A stretch of DNA of 38,479 bases from a virus (Duplodnaviria; Caudoviricetes): the IMG/VR virus record IMGVR_UViG_3300014656_000064, positions 1-38,479 of that record; one strand, 5' to 3'. Shown here in pieces: positions 16,214 to 25,712 of the stretch. How positions within the stretch are numbered: position 1 is the first letter of the stretch; every line of letters starts with the position of its first letter. The position numbers and the translations under genes are program-made. The notes below the pieces were generated by a model. That model worked only from the letters and a program-made list of their open reading frames with translations, had not been told where the DNA came from and did not search any database.

Positions 16214-18088
16214 ATGATAGAGTATAATATAGATGATAAAAATAGAGCGGCTATTGGGTATCTACGTTCTGTAAAGCGAAAAGTTATGGAGAGAATTTCG
16301 CAATTCGAAGGCTATGAGAATGTAGATGCAACCACTGCAATATTATTAGATAATGAATTGCGTCTTATTTCAGAATTAGGTACATCTGTTGATATTGCTG
16401 GTTATACTGATTCTGCATTTCCAATTGTTTCTAATATCTATCCAAGCATGATATCACGTGAACTAGTATCTATCCAACCACAACATCTACCAAGAGGACA
16501 AGTATTTTTTTACGACCCAAAGGTGGAAACATCTGCAGGTACAGGAGTTTATGCGTCGCTTCATACAATCCACACAGGAAACTCGGCCTACGATGTGTCA
16601 AAGGGATTATCGACCGTAGTGCAAGAAGCTAAAAGTGCTGTTACTTATACTCAATACACCTCAGGAAATAATATTGTCCTTCCGTATTCTGGTGGTGTTG
16701 ATGGATTATCTTCATTACAAGTTATGTTGGATGTAGACCGAACTGGATTTAGTGGAATAAACGGAATAGTAACAGCTTCTTCTACCCTTGCAACAACCTC
16801 TCCACTATTTGTATTCGATGATAAAATTGGTAGCGGAACTTGGGCCGATAATATGGTTAGATCTGGATGGTTACAATATCAGTTTACAGCTTTTACACCA
16901 ACGATAAATTCGTATTCTATTAGAACATATGCTGCTGGTTTACCAAACACTGTTAAATTGTCTGGTAGCGCTGATGGTTCATCGTGGACTGAATTGAATG
17001 TTAACTCTGGATTATCTCTTTTAGCGTCGAGAAGATATGTATTTCCTTTAACCGCAAGTTCTTCTTACGATTATTATAGAATATACGTATCAGGAGGAGT
17101 TCCAGCTACTTTTGTGTCAGAAGCAGAACTTCTTGGTCCTGAAAAAATGAATTTCGTTATCAATCCACAAACATGGGCGAGTTCGTTTTTCAATGGAATG
17201 AATATTAGTATCAAAGCTACCAATGATTGGTTATCTAACACTGTTGATCTAGAATGGTCCGCAGCAACACGCTCTGCTTACACCCAATATAATATATATG
17301 AATCCCTAGAGGGTGTCTCTGGTGTTCAACAGGTGCAACTGACAATAACTGGAGCTCCAGTCACAGTAAGTAGTAAACAACTAAAGACGGCGTGGACCTC
17401 TGAGATGGAAGAAGAGCTTTTGCCAATGTTCAATATGGACATGCAACAAACGTTTATCAAAATGATGGCTGATGAGATTGCAGCTGAGATTGATCGAGAG
17501 ATCATCAGAGATCTTATCAATATCGCTCCATATGAAACATCTTGGAATTACGTACAGACGGCTACTACAACGATGACAGATGGCACAATTATACCCCCAG
17601 ATATTTCAAGTGGAACACACACACAGTATCAGTGGAATCAAACTCTTCTGACACAAATCAACAAGATTAGTGGTTTAATAAAGAAAAATAATTTCAATAG
17701 AGACGCCAATTGGATTGTTTGCTCTACTCATGTTGGATCTGTTATTGAAGACATGCCAGAATTCTACAGTTTCAATCTAATCGACCAAACAATGGATATC
17801 AAAGTGACAGGCCGACTTAGTGGAAAATATAATGTTTTTGTAGATCCATATCTACCTAAAGATGTATGTCTAATTGGGTATAAAGGAAGTGACGAATATG
17901 ATGCAGGATATATTTATGCACCATATCGGGTCATGGTTCCAACAGAAAAGATACATGATCCAGATGAGTTGTTCACATGGAAATTAGGATTAATGAATAG
18001 AGCAGGAAAATATATCGCGACAAATAAGAAATATGGTCTTATTCGATGCGAATTTCCTAGTGTCTATGAAGTAATAAATGGAGAGTAG
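16214..18088 (+). CDS. second gp23-family capsid protein (vertex/gp24-like candidate) with inserted discoidin (F5/8 type C)-like domain
   Basis: Colinear with the MCP (ELVSIQP, AAEIDREIIRDLINIAPYETSW, QWNQTLLTQINKIS, GYIYAPY); extra aa ~186-308 with TASS..FD..W..WLQYQF..LSGSADGSSWTEL..YDYYRIYV..VSEAELLG. Confidence 0.9.
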   Translation: MIEYNIDDKNRAAIGYLRSVKRKVMERISQFEGYENVDATTAILLDNELRLISELGTSVDIAGYTDSAFPIVSNIYPSMISRELVSIQPQHLPRGQVFFYDPKVETSAGTGVYASLHTIHTGNSAYDVSKGLSTVVQEAKSAVTYTQYTSGNNIVLPYSGGVDGLSSLQVMLDVDRTGFSGINGIVTASSTLATTSPLFVFDDKIGSGTWADNMVRSGWLQYQFTAFTPTINSYSIRTYAAGLPNTVKLSGSADGSSWTELNVNSGLSLLASRRYVFPLTASSSYDYYRIYVSGGVPATFVSEAELLGPEKMNFVINPQTWASSFFNGMNISIKATNDWLSNTVDLEWSAATRSAYTQYNIYESLEGVSGVQQVQLTITGAPVTVSSKQLKTAWTSEMEEELLPMFNMDMQQTFIKMMADEIAAEIDREIIRDLINIAPYETSWNYVQTATTTMTDGTIIPPDISSGTHTQYQWNQTLLTQINKISGLIKKNNFNRDANWIVCSTHVGSVIEDMPEFYSFNLIDQTMDIKVTGRLSGKYNVFVDPYLPKDVCLIGYKGSDEYDAGYIYAPYRVMVPTEKIHDPDELFTWKLGLMNRAGKYIATNKKYGLIRCEFPSVYEVINGE

Positions 18089-18092
18089 ATAG

Positions 18093-18320
18093 ATGAAAAA
18101 ATCAGAAGTTAAAGCAATTATTAAAGAAGTGATACAAGAAGAAATTGATATTAAGACGGCATTAGACTATTTTGGAGATCTCGACAAAGCTGCTAAAGCC
18201 GCATTAATGTTTGTTGTTAAAAACGGATTTACAAACAAAAAGAAAATAGATATACTTGTTAGTGATGTTACTCACGCGTTATCTAGGGTTGAAGGTGTTA
18301 GAAAACTTTTGAATAAGTAA
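18093..18320 (+). CDS. MKKSE-leader protein 3
   Basis: MKKSEVKAIIKEVIQEE; GGAG upstream. Confidence 0.8.
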   Translation: MKKSEVKAIIKEVIQEEIDIKTALDYFGDLDKAAKAALMFVVKNGFTNKKKIDILVSDVTHALSRVEGVRKLLNK

Positions 18321-18336
18321 ATAGATAGGATACTTC

Positions 18337-19428
18337 ATGGCTAAATATGCACACACGGACCCCGAAATAACTGGTTTTACAGATTATGCATCAACAATGT
18401 TTGGTGCACCCGTGATTAATGTAGAACTTTCTGCTAATCAATATACTCACGCATTTAACAATGCTATTGAGGAATACAGCAATTACATTACACAGTGGGC
18501 GATTAAAGGAAACATTGCTAATGCTCTTGGTCTAGATAGTGCCCAAGACTTTACAATGAGATGGGTTGCACAAAACTTTGAGTTTGCTAAGTCGTTTTCT
18601 AAAGCATATTCAGAACAAGTTAATGTTGGTGGAAATATACCAGTCCATAAGTCGGCGTTCACTCTAACTGAGGGCGCTCAAGTATACTATTTACCAAATG
18701 ATATTACAATCAATGAGGTTATGTGGCAAGAACCCCCCGCCATAAATAGATACCTAGTAGATCCAAATAATAATCCAGCGTGGGTAAACCACGAATTTGG
18801 ATGGGGGTACATGGGCAATTCATATCAGTTCATTGTTCCATCGTATTTTCAGATTCAATTGGCACAAGCAACCGATATGAGATGGAAACTTCTTAAAGGT
18901 GATTATACATATGTTATTCGTCCGGCTGCAGCAGACCCAACAAGAAATGGATACACTGGCCAGACTGTTAACTCCGTGTACATTTATCCACAACCACGAT
19001 TAGAACAAGAGGGTGTAAAAGTATGGTATTTCTATAAGAATAATACTGATCTTAACCTCTATTCTGGCCAAAGTATAAATGAATTTGTTAATAACCCAGG
19101 AACTATTACGATGAATGAACTACCGTATAGTTCATTTAATTCATCAGCCCAGAGATGGGTTAAGCAATATGCTCTTGCCACAACGAAAGAAATCCTTGGC
19201 AGAATTAGAAGTAAGTTCTCAGCTCTACCTATTCCAGATGCAGAAGTCGTTCTAGATGGAGAATCGCTTCTGTCAGAAGGACAAGAAGAAAAAAGAGAAT
19301 TGAAAGAATATTTAACAAAGGAACTTGAATCAATGGATATTTCCCAGTTGATTGAATCGGATGCTAATGCTGCTGAGAATATTAACAAAGCTTTGTCATT
19401 CGTTCCAATGAAGATATATCGAGGATAA
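18337..19428 (+). CDS. neck/head completion protein (T4 gp13-like)
   Basis: GAPVINVELS N-terminus and WVKQYALATTKEILGRIRSKF...VLDGESLLSEG C-terminus; position after capsid. Confidence 0.85.
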   Translation: MAKYAHTDPEITGFTDYASTMFGAPVINVELSANQYTHAFNNAIEEYSNYITQWAIKGNIANALGLDSAQDFTMRWVAQNFEFAKSFSKAYSEQVNVGGNIPVHKSAFTLTEGAQVYYLPNDITINEVMWQEPPAINRYLVDPNNNPAWVNHEFGWGYMGNSYQFIVPSYFQIQLAQATDMRWKLLKGDYTYVIRPAAADPTRNGYTGQTVNSVYIYPQPRLEQEGVKVWYFYKNNTDLNLYSGQSINEFVNNPGTITMNELPYSSFNSSAQRWVKQYALATTKEILGRIRSKFSALPIPDAEVVLDGESLLSEGQEEKRELKEYLTKELESMDISQLIESDANAAENINKALSFVPMKIYRG

Positions 19429-19429
19429 T

Positions 19430-19837
19430 ATGATTAACTTAGATCTAGCCAAAGGTGATATAATTCTAACTGGAAAATATCGCAACAAGAGAGAAGTTGT
19501 GACGCACTTTGGCTTTGATGATAAAGGCCAACCAACAGTAAACGGTAGAAAGATGTTGACCTTTAGAATAGAAAAATTAATGAAAGAGGAAATAGAACTT
19601 ATGAAAAAGTCCAATCTAATTGCAATCATTAAAGAATGTATACACGAATTGAAGGAAGAGAAATATCCAAAAGGATATGATGATCCTGGTCCACAAGATC
19701 ACGAAGGTCCAATTGAAATATACGGTGTAATGGGAATGAGTAGCAAAAAGTTTACCAAGAAATTTAAATCACAAAAAGAATTCGAGCGTTGGATGGAAAA
19801 AAACGGAGACGATGTAGAAATTCTTGGATATAGATAG
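19430..19837 (+). CDS. hypothetical protein containing an internal in-frame MKKS-leader start at 19601 (leader protein 4)
   Basis: 135-aa ORF; internal GAGGA then ATG MKKSNLIAIIKECIHELKEE. Confidence 0.75.
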   Translation: MINLDLAKGDIILTGKYRNKREVVTHFGFDDKGQPTVNGRKMLTFRIEKLMKEEIELMKKSNLIAIIKECIHELKEEKYPKGYDDPGPQDHEGPIEIYGVMGMSSKKFTKKFKSQKEFERWMEKNGDDVEILGYR

Positions 19838-19849
19838 GCGGCTATTATA

Positions 19850-20344
19850 ATGGCATATTCTGGTCTAAGTCTATGGTTTGGTGAAAAAGAGAATACGCTG
19901 TTCAATAACCTTGGACGTGAACTCGTTGAAACTCTTATCACACAACACTTCACGCTCTATAGAATTGACATTGATGAAACAGATGCAAACTTCTATGGTG
20001 AATCTAAGAAAAAAGCATTTAAGACACCACAAGAAGTGAAAGCTAGAATTTCTATTGTTGATGCTGATGTTGTAGACGAGGGTGGAATTCGTCGTATGTC
20101 AAGAGGTGATATGCAGACGTGGGTGTATCTACAACATCTCACAGAATTAGATGTATCAATAAATGTTGGTGACTTCATTGGCTTTCAAGGAAAAGTCTAC
20201 GAAGTGTATGATAATGGAGCAAACAAAGACTCTATGACTAGAAAATATGCTGGGGATAGAGATTACTTTCAACAGATTCTTGCAAAAGTTATTACACAAG
20301 ATATATTTGCAGGGTCATTAACTGGACAAGGATATAAAGAATGA
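19850..20344 (+). CDS. neck/head closure protein (T4 gp14-like)
   Basis: ANFYGESKKKAF motif, VGDFI..YEV; position between gp13-like and gp15-like genes. Confidence 0.75.
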   Translation: MAYSGLSLWFGEKENTLFNNLGRELVETLITQHFTLYRIDIDETDANFYGESKKKAFKTPQEVKARISIVDADVVDEGGIRRMSRGDMQTWVYLQHLTELDVSINVGDFIGFQGKVYEVYDNGANKDSMTRKYAGDRDYFQQILAKVITQDIFAGSLTGQGYKE

Positions 20345-20739
20345 AAAAATCAGAGTTAACAAAACTGATTAGAGAATACATACAAGAGCTAAAAGAAGCT
20401 GAAGGTGTAGTTTACGACATTTACGTTTATATTCCACTAAGAATAGATTTACAAAACACCGACTATAGAAAATTCGAAAAAGATATTATTTCTGGTTTTA
20501 AAACAATAACAGATCTATCTTATGTAGAAAATGATCCATACCAAGTAACAAACGTAAAGGGGCTTTCTGGTACACATATGAAGCATATTGGTGTAAGTAA
20601 ACCAACAAAAGATGTAAAACACGTTGTTTCGAAAATGGAAATGATAGTAAAATCAGTAATGAAAAAGTATGGAGTTTCAGCAAAATATAAGTTTGAACCT
20701 CGCGAAAGAAAAGCAAAAACACTAACGATAGGATATTAG
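20341..20739 (+). CDS. MKKSE-leader protein 5
   Basis: ATGA overlap; MKKSELTKLIREYIQELKEAE. Confidence 0.8.
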   Translation: MKKSELTKLIREYIQELKEAEGVVYDIYVYIPLRIDLQNTDYRKFEKDIISGFKTITDLSYVENDPYQVTNVKGLSGTHMKHIGVSKPTKDVKHVVSKMEMIVKSVMKKYGVSAKYKFEPRERKAKTLTIGY

Positions 20740-20740
20740 A

Positions 20741-20941
20741 ATGAAAAAATCAGAATTTAAAGCTCTAATCAAAGAATGTTACAAGGAAATTCAAAAAGAA
20801 AGTAAAGAATACGACGACTTCTTTACAGCCACTCTTAAGAGATTCGGTGTTGAATCGCAAGATGATTTAGAAGGCGACAAGAAGAAAGAGTTCTTTGACT
20901 ACATTGATAAGAACTGGACTGCGAAAAAGGAAACAGACTAA
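20741..20941 (+). CDS. MKKSE-leader protein 6
   Basis: MKKSEFKALIKECYKEIQKE then YDDFFTATLKRFGV..KKEFFDYIDKNW. Confidence 0.8.
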   Translation: MKKSEFKALIKECYKEIQKESKEYDDFFTATLKRFGVESQDDLEGDKKKEFFDYIDKNWTAKKETD

Positions 20942-21667
20942 GTGTCTTATGAAAAAATAATTGGCTCTAGACAACTAGGAACTTTATCTACAGAAGATTG
21001 GATAGAGTATAATCCTTTTGTAAACAAAGGGACATTTTTTCCAAGAACAATAAATTTCGAAGATATTGATCAAGCCGTATATAATTGGTTTAAGTCGAGA
21101 GATATAGTTCTCAATGACAACGTAGTTCCTGCTTTCTTTTTGTCTCATGAGAAATGGGCCGAATTCAAACGACAATGGAAATATGTTGATGGTGATAGAA
21201 ATGTAGATTATCCATATATTACCATTCGAAGATCTGATTTCAAACAAGCTCAAGAACCAGTAAAGAGTAGAATCCCAGGTAAGAAATATACAATATATCG
21301 AATTCCTCACTACACTCCTGGTGGAGCGACATATAAGCATTACAGAGTACCTCAACCAATACAAGTAGACTTTGAGTACGAAGTTAGAATTCTAACACAT
21401 TACATGGCAGATATTAATTCTATAAACGAAACCATAATTAAGCATTTTGCAAGCCTTCAAGCATATTTAGATCTAGATGGTCACTATATGCCAATGAAGA
21501 TTGAAGACATAGGCGACGAATCAAATTTTGATAATATAGAAGATGAAAGAGTTTTACAGACTCGATATGTCATAAAAACGAATGGCTATATTATTGACGA
21601 GGAAGAATTTGAAGAAAAAATTGGAATTAGTTCGATACAGGTTATCATTTCTGAAGATTTATCATAA
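20942..21667 (+). CDS. tail terminator/sheath stabiliser (T4 gp15-like)
   Basis: EKW..., PYITIRR, PQPIQVDFEYEVRILT...INETI pattern; immediately upstream of sheath. Confidence 0.75.
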   Translation: MSYEKIIGSRQLGTLSTEDWIEYNPFVNKGTFFPRTINFEDIDQAVYNWFKSRDIVLNDNVVPAFFLSHEKWAEFKRQWKYVDGDRNVDYPYITIRRSDFKQAQEPVKSRIPGKKYTIYRIPHYTPGGATYKHYRVPQPIQVDFEYEVRILTHYMADINSINETIIKHFASLQAYLDLDGHYMPMKIEDIGDESNFDNIEDERVLQTRYVIKTNGYIIDEEEFEEKIGISSIQVIISEDLS

Positions 21668-21680
21668 AGAGAGGTAAAGT

Positions 21681-23948
21681 ATGGCAGAGGTACATGTTTC
21701 CCCGGGCGTTTATGTCCGCGAAAGAGATTTTTCTTACTACGTATCAAGTATTGGAAATTCCAAACTTGCGCTAATAGGGGAAACTAAAAAAGGTCCAGCA
21801 ATGACACCAATGCTGGTAAAAAATATGGGTGAATTTAGAGAGAAATTTGGAAAAACAGATCCAAATAAGCATGTTGGGTATTGCGCACAAGAATATTTCA
21901 AGAATGCCAATGAGGCATATATTGTTAGAGTGTTGGGCGATGATCTTCTGAGAGGAACAGCAAATGAAATTATTCCTCTACATGCTTGGGATTCCACAGC
22001 AGCGGCATTTGTTTGTGTTGCTACAATTTTAGCACCGCAAAACACTGATTATTTATTGCAAACTGGGGTAACAACAACAGCAAATGTTGGATTTACAGCG
22101 GGTGGATTATATAGCGGAACTATTAACTTGTATAATAAGTCGTCAGCAAGTTATATTGAAACATTATTCCCAAGAACTCAAGATTTATCTATTGGTAATA
22201 AGTTGGCAACACAGCACATATTCCCAACAACTATAGCTAGAGGATTAACGTTCTCAGGTACAATTTTATATTCTGGTATAACAAGTGGTAATTCAAGCTC
22301 TATTTTGAGTACAGAACCATTATATGTAGATGGATATTCAAATGCTAGAACGCCTCTAATTGTTTCAAGCGTGCCTAATGTGTCTAGCGAAGGTGTTGGG
22401 CTGTTCACACTTTATTCTCTATCGGATGGAAAAGATGCTAACAACGAGATTAAGATTGAGATTGCAAACATTGATATCGCTAATAATAAATTTGACATTT
22501 ACGTTAGAGAAATTGATGATACAAATGCTAGTCGCAAAATTCTAGAAAGTTATGTTGGCGTTACTCTTGATCCTACAAGTACTAACTATATTTTGAAGCA
22601 AATTGGTGATAGCCAGGATGATTCTGGTGATTACGCTTTGAAATCAAATTATATTTATGCTGACGTAGAATCTGGAGATCTTAGTAACTATGTTCCAGGT
22701 GGATTCAATAGAATTGTTGCACCGGTTAGTGGATCTTCATTAACTGCCGGTGAGGTTGCTTTCCCACAATGGAATATGACTACAACATATTTAACAACAA
22801 CAGCAGTTAAGAGACAATGCTTAGGTCTGAATCACGCTACAACAGACGATGATTTGTTGATGATTGGTAACAATAGTGCTTGGGATATGACAAAAACTTC
22901 TGATCATTATCTCAAGGGATTTCATCTACAAAGCGGAGCAAGTTCAACATATTACTATAGCGGATCTAGTGGATTTACTAGTGGAACTGGCGGATATGAA
23001 GTAACCGATGCTAAATTTGTTGTTCCTGTTCTTGGTGGTAATGATGGTTGGTTCTGGTCTGCGGAGACTAGATTGCGTCTATTGTCTGGAGCGGCGTCAA
23101 CTTCTGAAGAAACACAATGGAAATCGGCTATCGATACAGTAAAAAATACTGACGAATATGATATCAATCTAGTTGCAACTCCAGGAATTGCTATCAACCA
23201 GGCAATCTCTACATATGCAAGAGAAATGTGCGAGACACGTGCAGACTGTTTGTATATTGGTGATATGCCTAGCAATTATACATCGGTTGCACAGGCTATT
23301 GATGCAACAGCTGCTATTGACTCAAGTTATGCTGCAACATTCTGGCCATATGTACAGATTTGGGATAGTGATAATTCGAGAGATGTTTGGATTCCACCAA
23401 CTGCTCAAGCTCTTGGAGCTATGGCGTATACTGATTCGGTTAGTGATCCATGGTGGGCACCGGCCGGTCTAAACAGAGGTATCTTAACGGTCAACAAGGC
23501 AAAATATAAGCTTGATCAAGATGATCGTGATATATTGTATAGCAATAAGATTAATCCAATCGCAACATTTCCAGGACAGGGGATTGCCATTTGGGGACAG
23601 AAGACTCTACAAACAAATACTACAGCTCTAGACCGTATCAACGTAAGACGAATGATGCTTTACATTGAGAAGGTTATTGCTGGGGCAAGCAAGTATATCG
23701 TCTTCCAACCAAATGATGAAACTACTTGGGATCATTTCAAGGGTCTCGTACAGCCTATTCTGGACATCGTGAAGATTAGAAGAGGTCTATATGACTTTAG
23801 AATTATTATGGATGAGACAACAAACACTGATGATTTAATTGATCGCAATACAATGCTTGGGCAGATTTATATCAAACCAACAAAAACAGCAGAAGCTATT
23901 ACGATTAACTTTAACATCATGCCTCACGGGGCCGTGTTTACTGAGTAA
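21681..23948 (+). CDS. gp18: tail sheath protein (T4 gp18-like)
   Basis: VSPGVYVRERDFS, GETKKGPA, PWWAPAGLNRG, KINPIATFPGQGIAIWGQKTL, DRINVRRMM, IYIKPTKTAE. Confidence 0.97.
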   Translation: MAEVHVSPGVYVRERDFSYYVSSIGNSKLALIGETKKGPAMTPMLVKNMGEFREKFGKTDPNKHVGYCAQEYFKNANEAYIVRVLGDDLLRGTANEIIPLHAWDSTAAAFVCVATILAPQNTDYLLQTGVTTTANVGFTAGGLYSGTINLYNKSSASYIETLFPRTQDLSIGNKLATQHIFPTTIARGLTFSGTILYSGITSGNSSSILSTEPLYVDGYSNARTPLIVSSVPNVSSEGVGLFTLYSLSDGKDANNEIKIEIANIDIANNKFDIYVREIDDTNASRKILESYVGVTLDPTSTNYILKQIGDSQDDSGDYALKSNYIYADVESGDLSNYVPGGFNRIVAPVSGSSLTAGEVAFPQWNMTTTYLTTTAVKRQCLGLNHATTDDDLLMIGNNSAWDMTKTSDHYLKGFHLQSGASSTYYYSGSSGFTSGTGGYEVTDAKFVVPVLGGNDGWFWSAETRLRLLSGAASTSEETQWKSAIDTVKNTDEYDINLVATPGIAINQAISTYAREMCETRADCLYIGDMPSNYTSVAQAIDATAAIDSSYAATFWPYVQIWDSDNSRDVWIPPTAQALGAMAYTDSVSDPWWAPAGLNRGILTVNKAKYKLDQDDRDILYSNKINPIATFPGQGIAIWGQKTLQTNTTALDRINVRRMMLYIEKVIAGASKYIVFQPNDETTWDHFKGLVQPILDIVKIRRGLYDFRIIMDETTNTDDLIDRNTMLGQIYIKPTKTAEAITINFNIMPHGAVFTE

Positions 23949-23970
23949 TGGGTAAATTGGTAATAACATG

Positions 23971-24000
23971 GGGAGTCAATTTTATTGACTCCCTATATTT
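23971..24000 (+). terminator. terminator after sheath gene
   Basis: GGGAGTCAAT-TTT-ATTGACTCCC then TATATTT. Confidence 0.8.
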
Positions 24001-24017
24001 ATAACAAAGGTAGTAAA

Positions 24018-24344
24018 ATGAAAAAATCTGAATTAAAAGCCGTGATAAAAGAATATTATAAAGAAGTGCTATTAGAAGCAATATCTCCCGCAGCAAATAA
24101 ATTTGTTTCTGCTTTAGAGAAGACTGTCAAATTCTACAAAAATAGAGTTTCAAAAGAAACTGATGCGGATATAAAGTCCACGCTTACTAGTGATCTAAAT
24201 AAATACGAAAAAGCTTTAAGCATAGCAAAAAATAATCCTGCGGCTGGATATAAAGCGTGGCGCAATATGGATACAGAGTTAAGAGACGTAATTATAGATT
24301 ACATTTCTAAAAAAGATCTAGATACGTTTGCACGAGAATTATAA
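24018..24344 (+). CDS. MKKSE-leader protein 7
   Basis: AAGG RBS; MKKSELKAVIKEYYKEVLLEA; the track start 23985 lies within the terminator. Confidence 0.8.
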   Translation: MKKSELKAVIKEYYKEVLLEAISPAANKFVSALEKTVKFYKNRVSKETDADIKSTLTSDLNKYEKALSIAKNNPAAGYKAWRNMDTELRDVIIDYISKKDLDTFAREL

Positions 24345-24370
24345 TCGTTACAATAAATTGGATGTGGAAA

Positions 24371-24748
24371 ATGAAAAAATCAGAGTTGAAAAAAATAATT
24401 AGAGAGTGTATGCGAGAAAAGCTAAATGAAGTAACATTAGATAAAACTGCCGCACTAAAATTATTAAAATTTGTGAAAGATACTAAAATTAAAACTGCTG
24501 ATGATGAAATAACATTATCGTTGAACGACCGCGATAAATTAAAGGCACAAATTGGTGGTAAACTACCTCGTGGAATACCGGGACCAGAACAAGGTTTAAG
24601 GGTGACACAAATTATTAATTTTGCAGATCCTTCGGGAGATTATTATAACGACGGTGGCGACTTTGTTTCCAAAGAAAAAACAATTTTGCCAGCGGGGAAA
24701 GGAAAAACTGTTGGTGATTTTGCGCGAGCCGCCGGAATTAAAGTATAA
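24371..24748 (+). CDS. MKKSE-leader protein 8
   Basis: MKKSELKKIIRECMREKLNEV; first 33 nt identical to those at 12251. Confidence 0.8.
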   Translation: MKKSELKKIIRECMREKLNEVTLDKTAALKLLKFVKDTKIKTADDEITLSLNDRDKLKAQIGGKLPRGIPGPEQGLRVTQIINFADPSGDYYNDGGDFVSKEKTILPAGKGKTVGDFARAAGIKV

Positions 24749-24898
24749 ACTAAATGAAGTTCTAAAGCAAATAGAACGATTAAAAGTCATGGCTGGTTTA
24801 GATGAAGATCAAAATGAACGTCAACGTCTAGCCGAAGAAGAATTGATTGCAAAAATGAAACACTATAACGTGGGTCGTTACAAGAAAGGATAAGTTAT

Positions 24899-25699
24899 AT
24901 GGATAATGTTATGAAACCCAGTGAAATGAAACCTAGGAATGCTCCGCAAACATTCGAGGTTCCGTTTGATGTTATTGAATTACCCTCAGAAGGAAAACTC
25001 TATAAAGAAGGTTCGCTTGCCGGAAAGTCCTCACTAGAGATTCAATATCTAACCGCTAAAGAAGAAGATATTCTTACTTCTCCAAATTTGATTCAATCTG
25101 GAAAGCTTCTTGATGTTCTTCTAAAGAGTGTTATCAAGGATAAGTCTGTTAAGCCATCCGAATTATTACTTGGAGATAGGAATGCAATTATCATCTGGTT
25201 GAGAGCGACTGGGTATGGCGAAGAGTATCCTGTTCAAATGCAATGTCGTCACTGTGGAGAAAAATATATTGCAAACTTTAATCTATCTACATTCGAAGAA
25301 CGAAAACTAACTGAAGATTTTGATGTGAATGGATTATTTAGTTTTACTTTTCCAACTTCAAAGAAGACTATTTTATATAAACTTCTTGCTGCCCAAGATG
25401 AAGATGATATTGGTTTGATGATTGAAGACCGTAAGAAGAAGACTAATACCAAGATTGAGAATACTCTTACATTAAAGATGAAATATATGATCAAAGATGT
25501 CGATGGTATTACTGATTCTGGTGTAATTAGTCAATTTGTAGATACGATGTCTCTTCGTGATACAAAAGCGTTTAGAAAGAAAGTTTATAGTATGGAACCA
25601 GGGTTGATTATGGAACAGAATTGTAAATGTTCAGAGTGTAATGAATTTAACCTGGAGGTTATGCCGATGCGGTCTAACTTTTTTTGGCCTGAAGATTAA
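24899..25699 (+). CDS. baseplate hub/tail assembly chaperone (T4 gp26-like)
   Basis: IELPSEGKLY, LTAKEEDILTS, LLLGDRNAIIIWLRATGYG, CRHC and CSEC, terminal FFWP. Confidence 0.85.
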   Translation: MDNVMKPSEMKPRNAPQTFEVPFDVIELPSEGKLYKEGSLAGKSSLEIQYLTAKEEDILTSPNLIQSGKLLDVLLKSVIKDKSVKPSELLLGDRNAIIIWLRATGYGEEYPVQMQCRHCGEKYIANFNLSTFEERKLTEDFDVNGLFSFTFPTSKKTILYKLLAAQDEDDIGLMIEDRKKKTNTKIENTLTLKMKYMIKDVDGITDSGVISQFVDTMSLRDTKAFRKKVYSMEPGLIMEQNCKCSECNEFNLEVMPMRSNFFWPED

Positions 25700-25712
25700 T
25701 TACATTGGTGAG

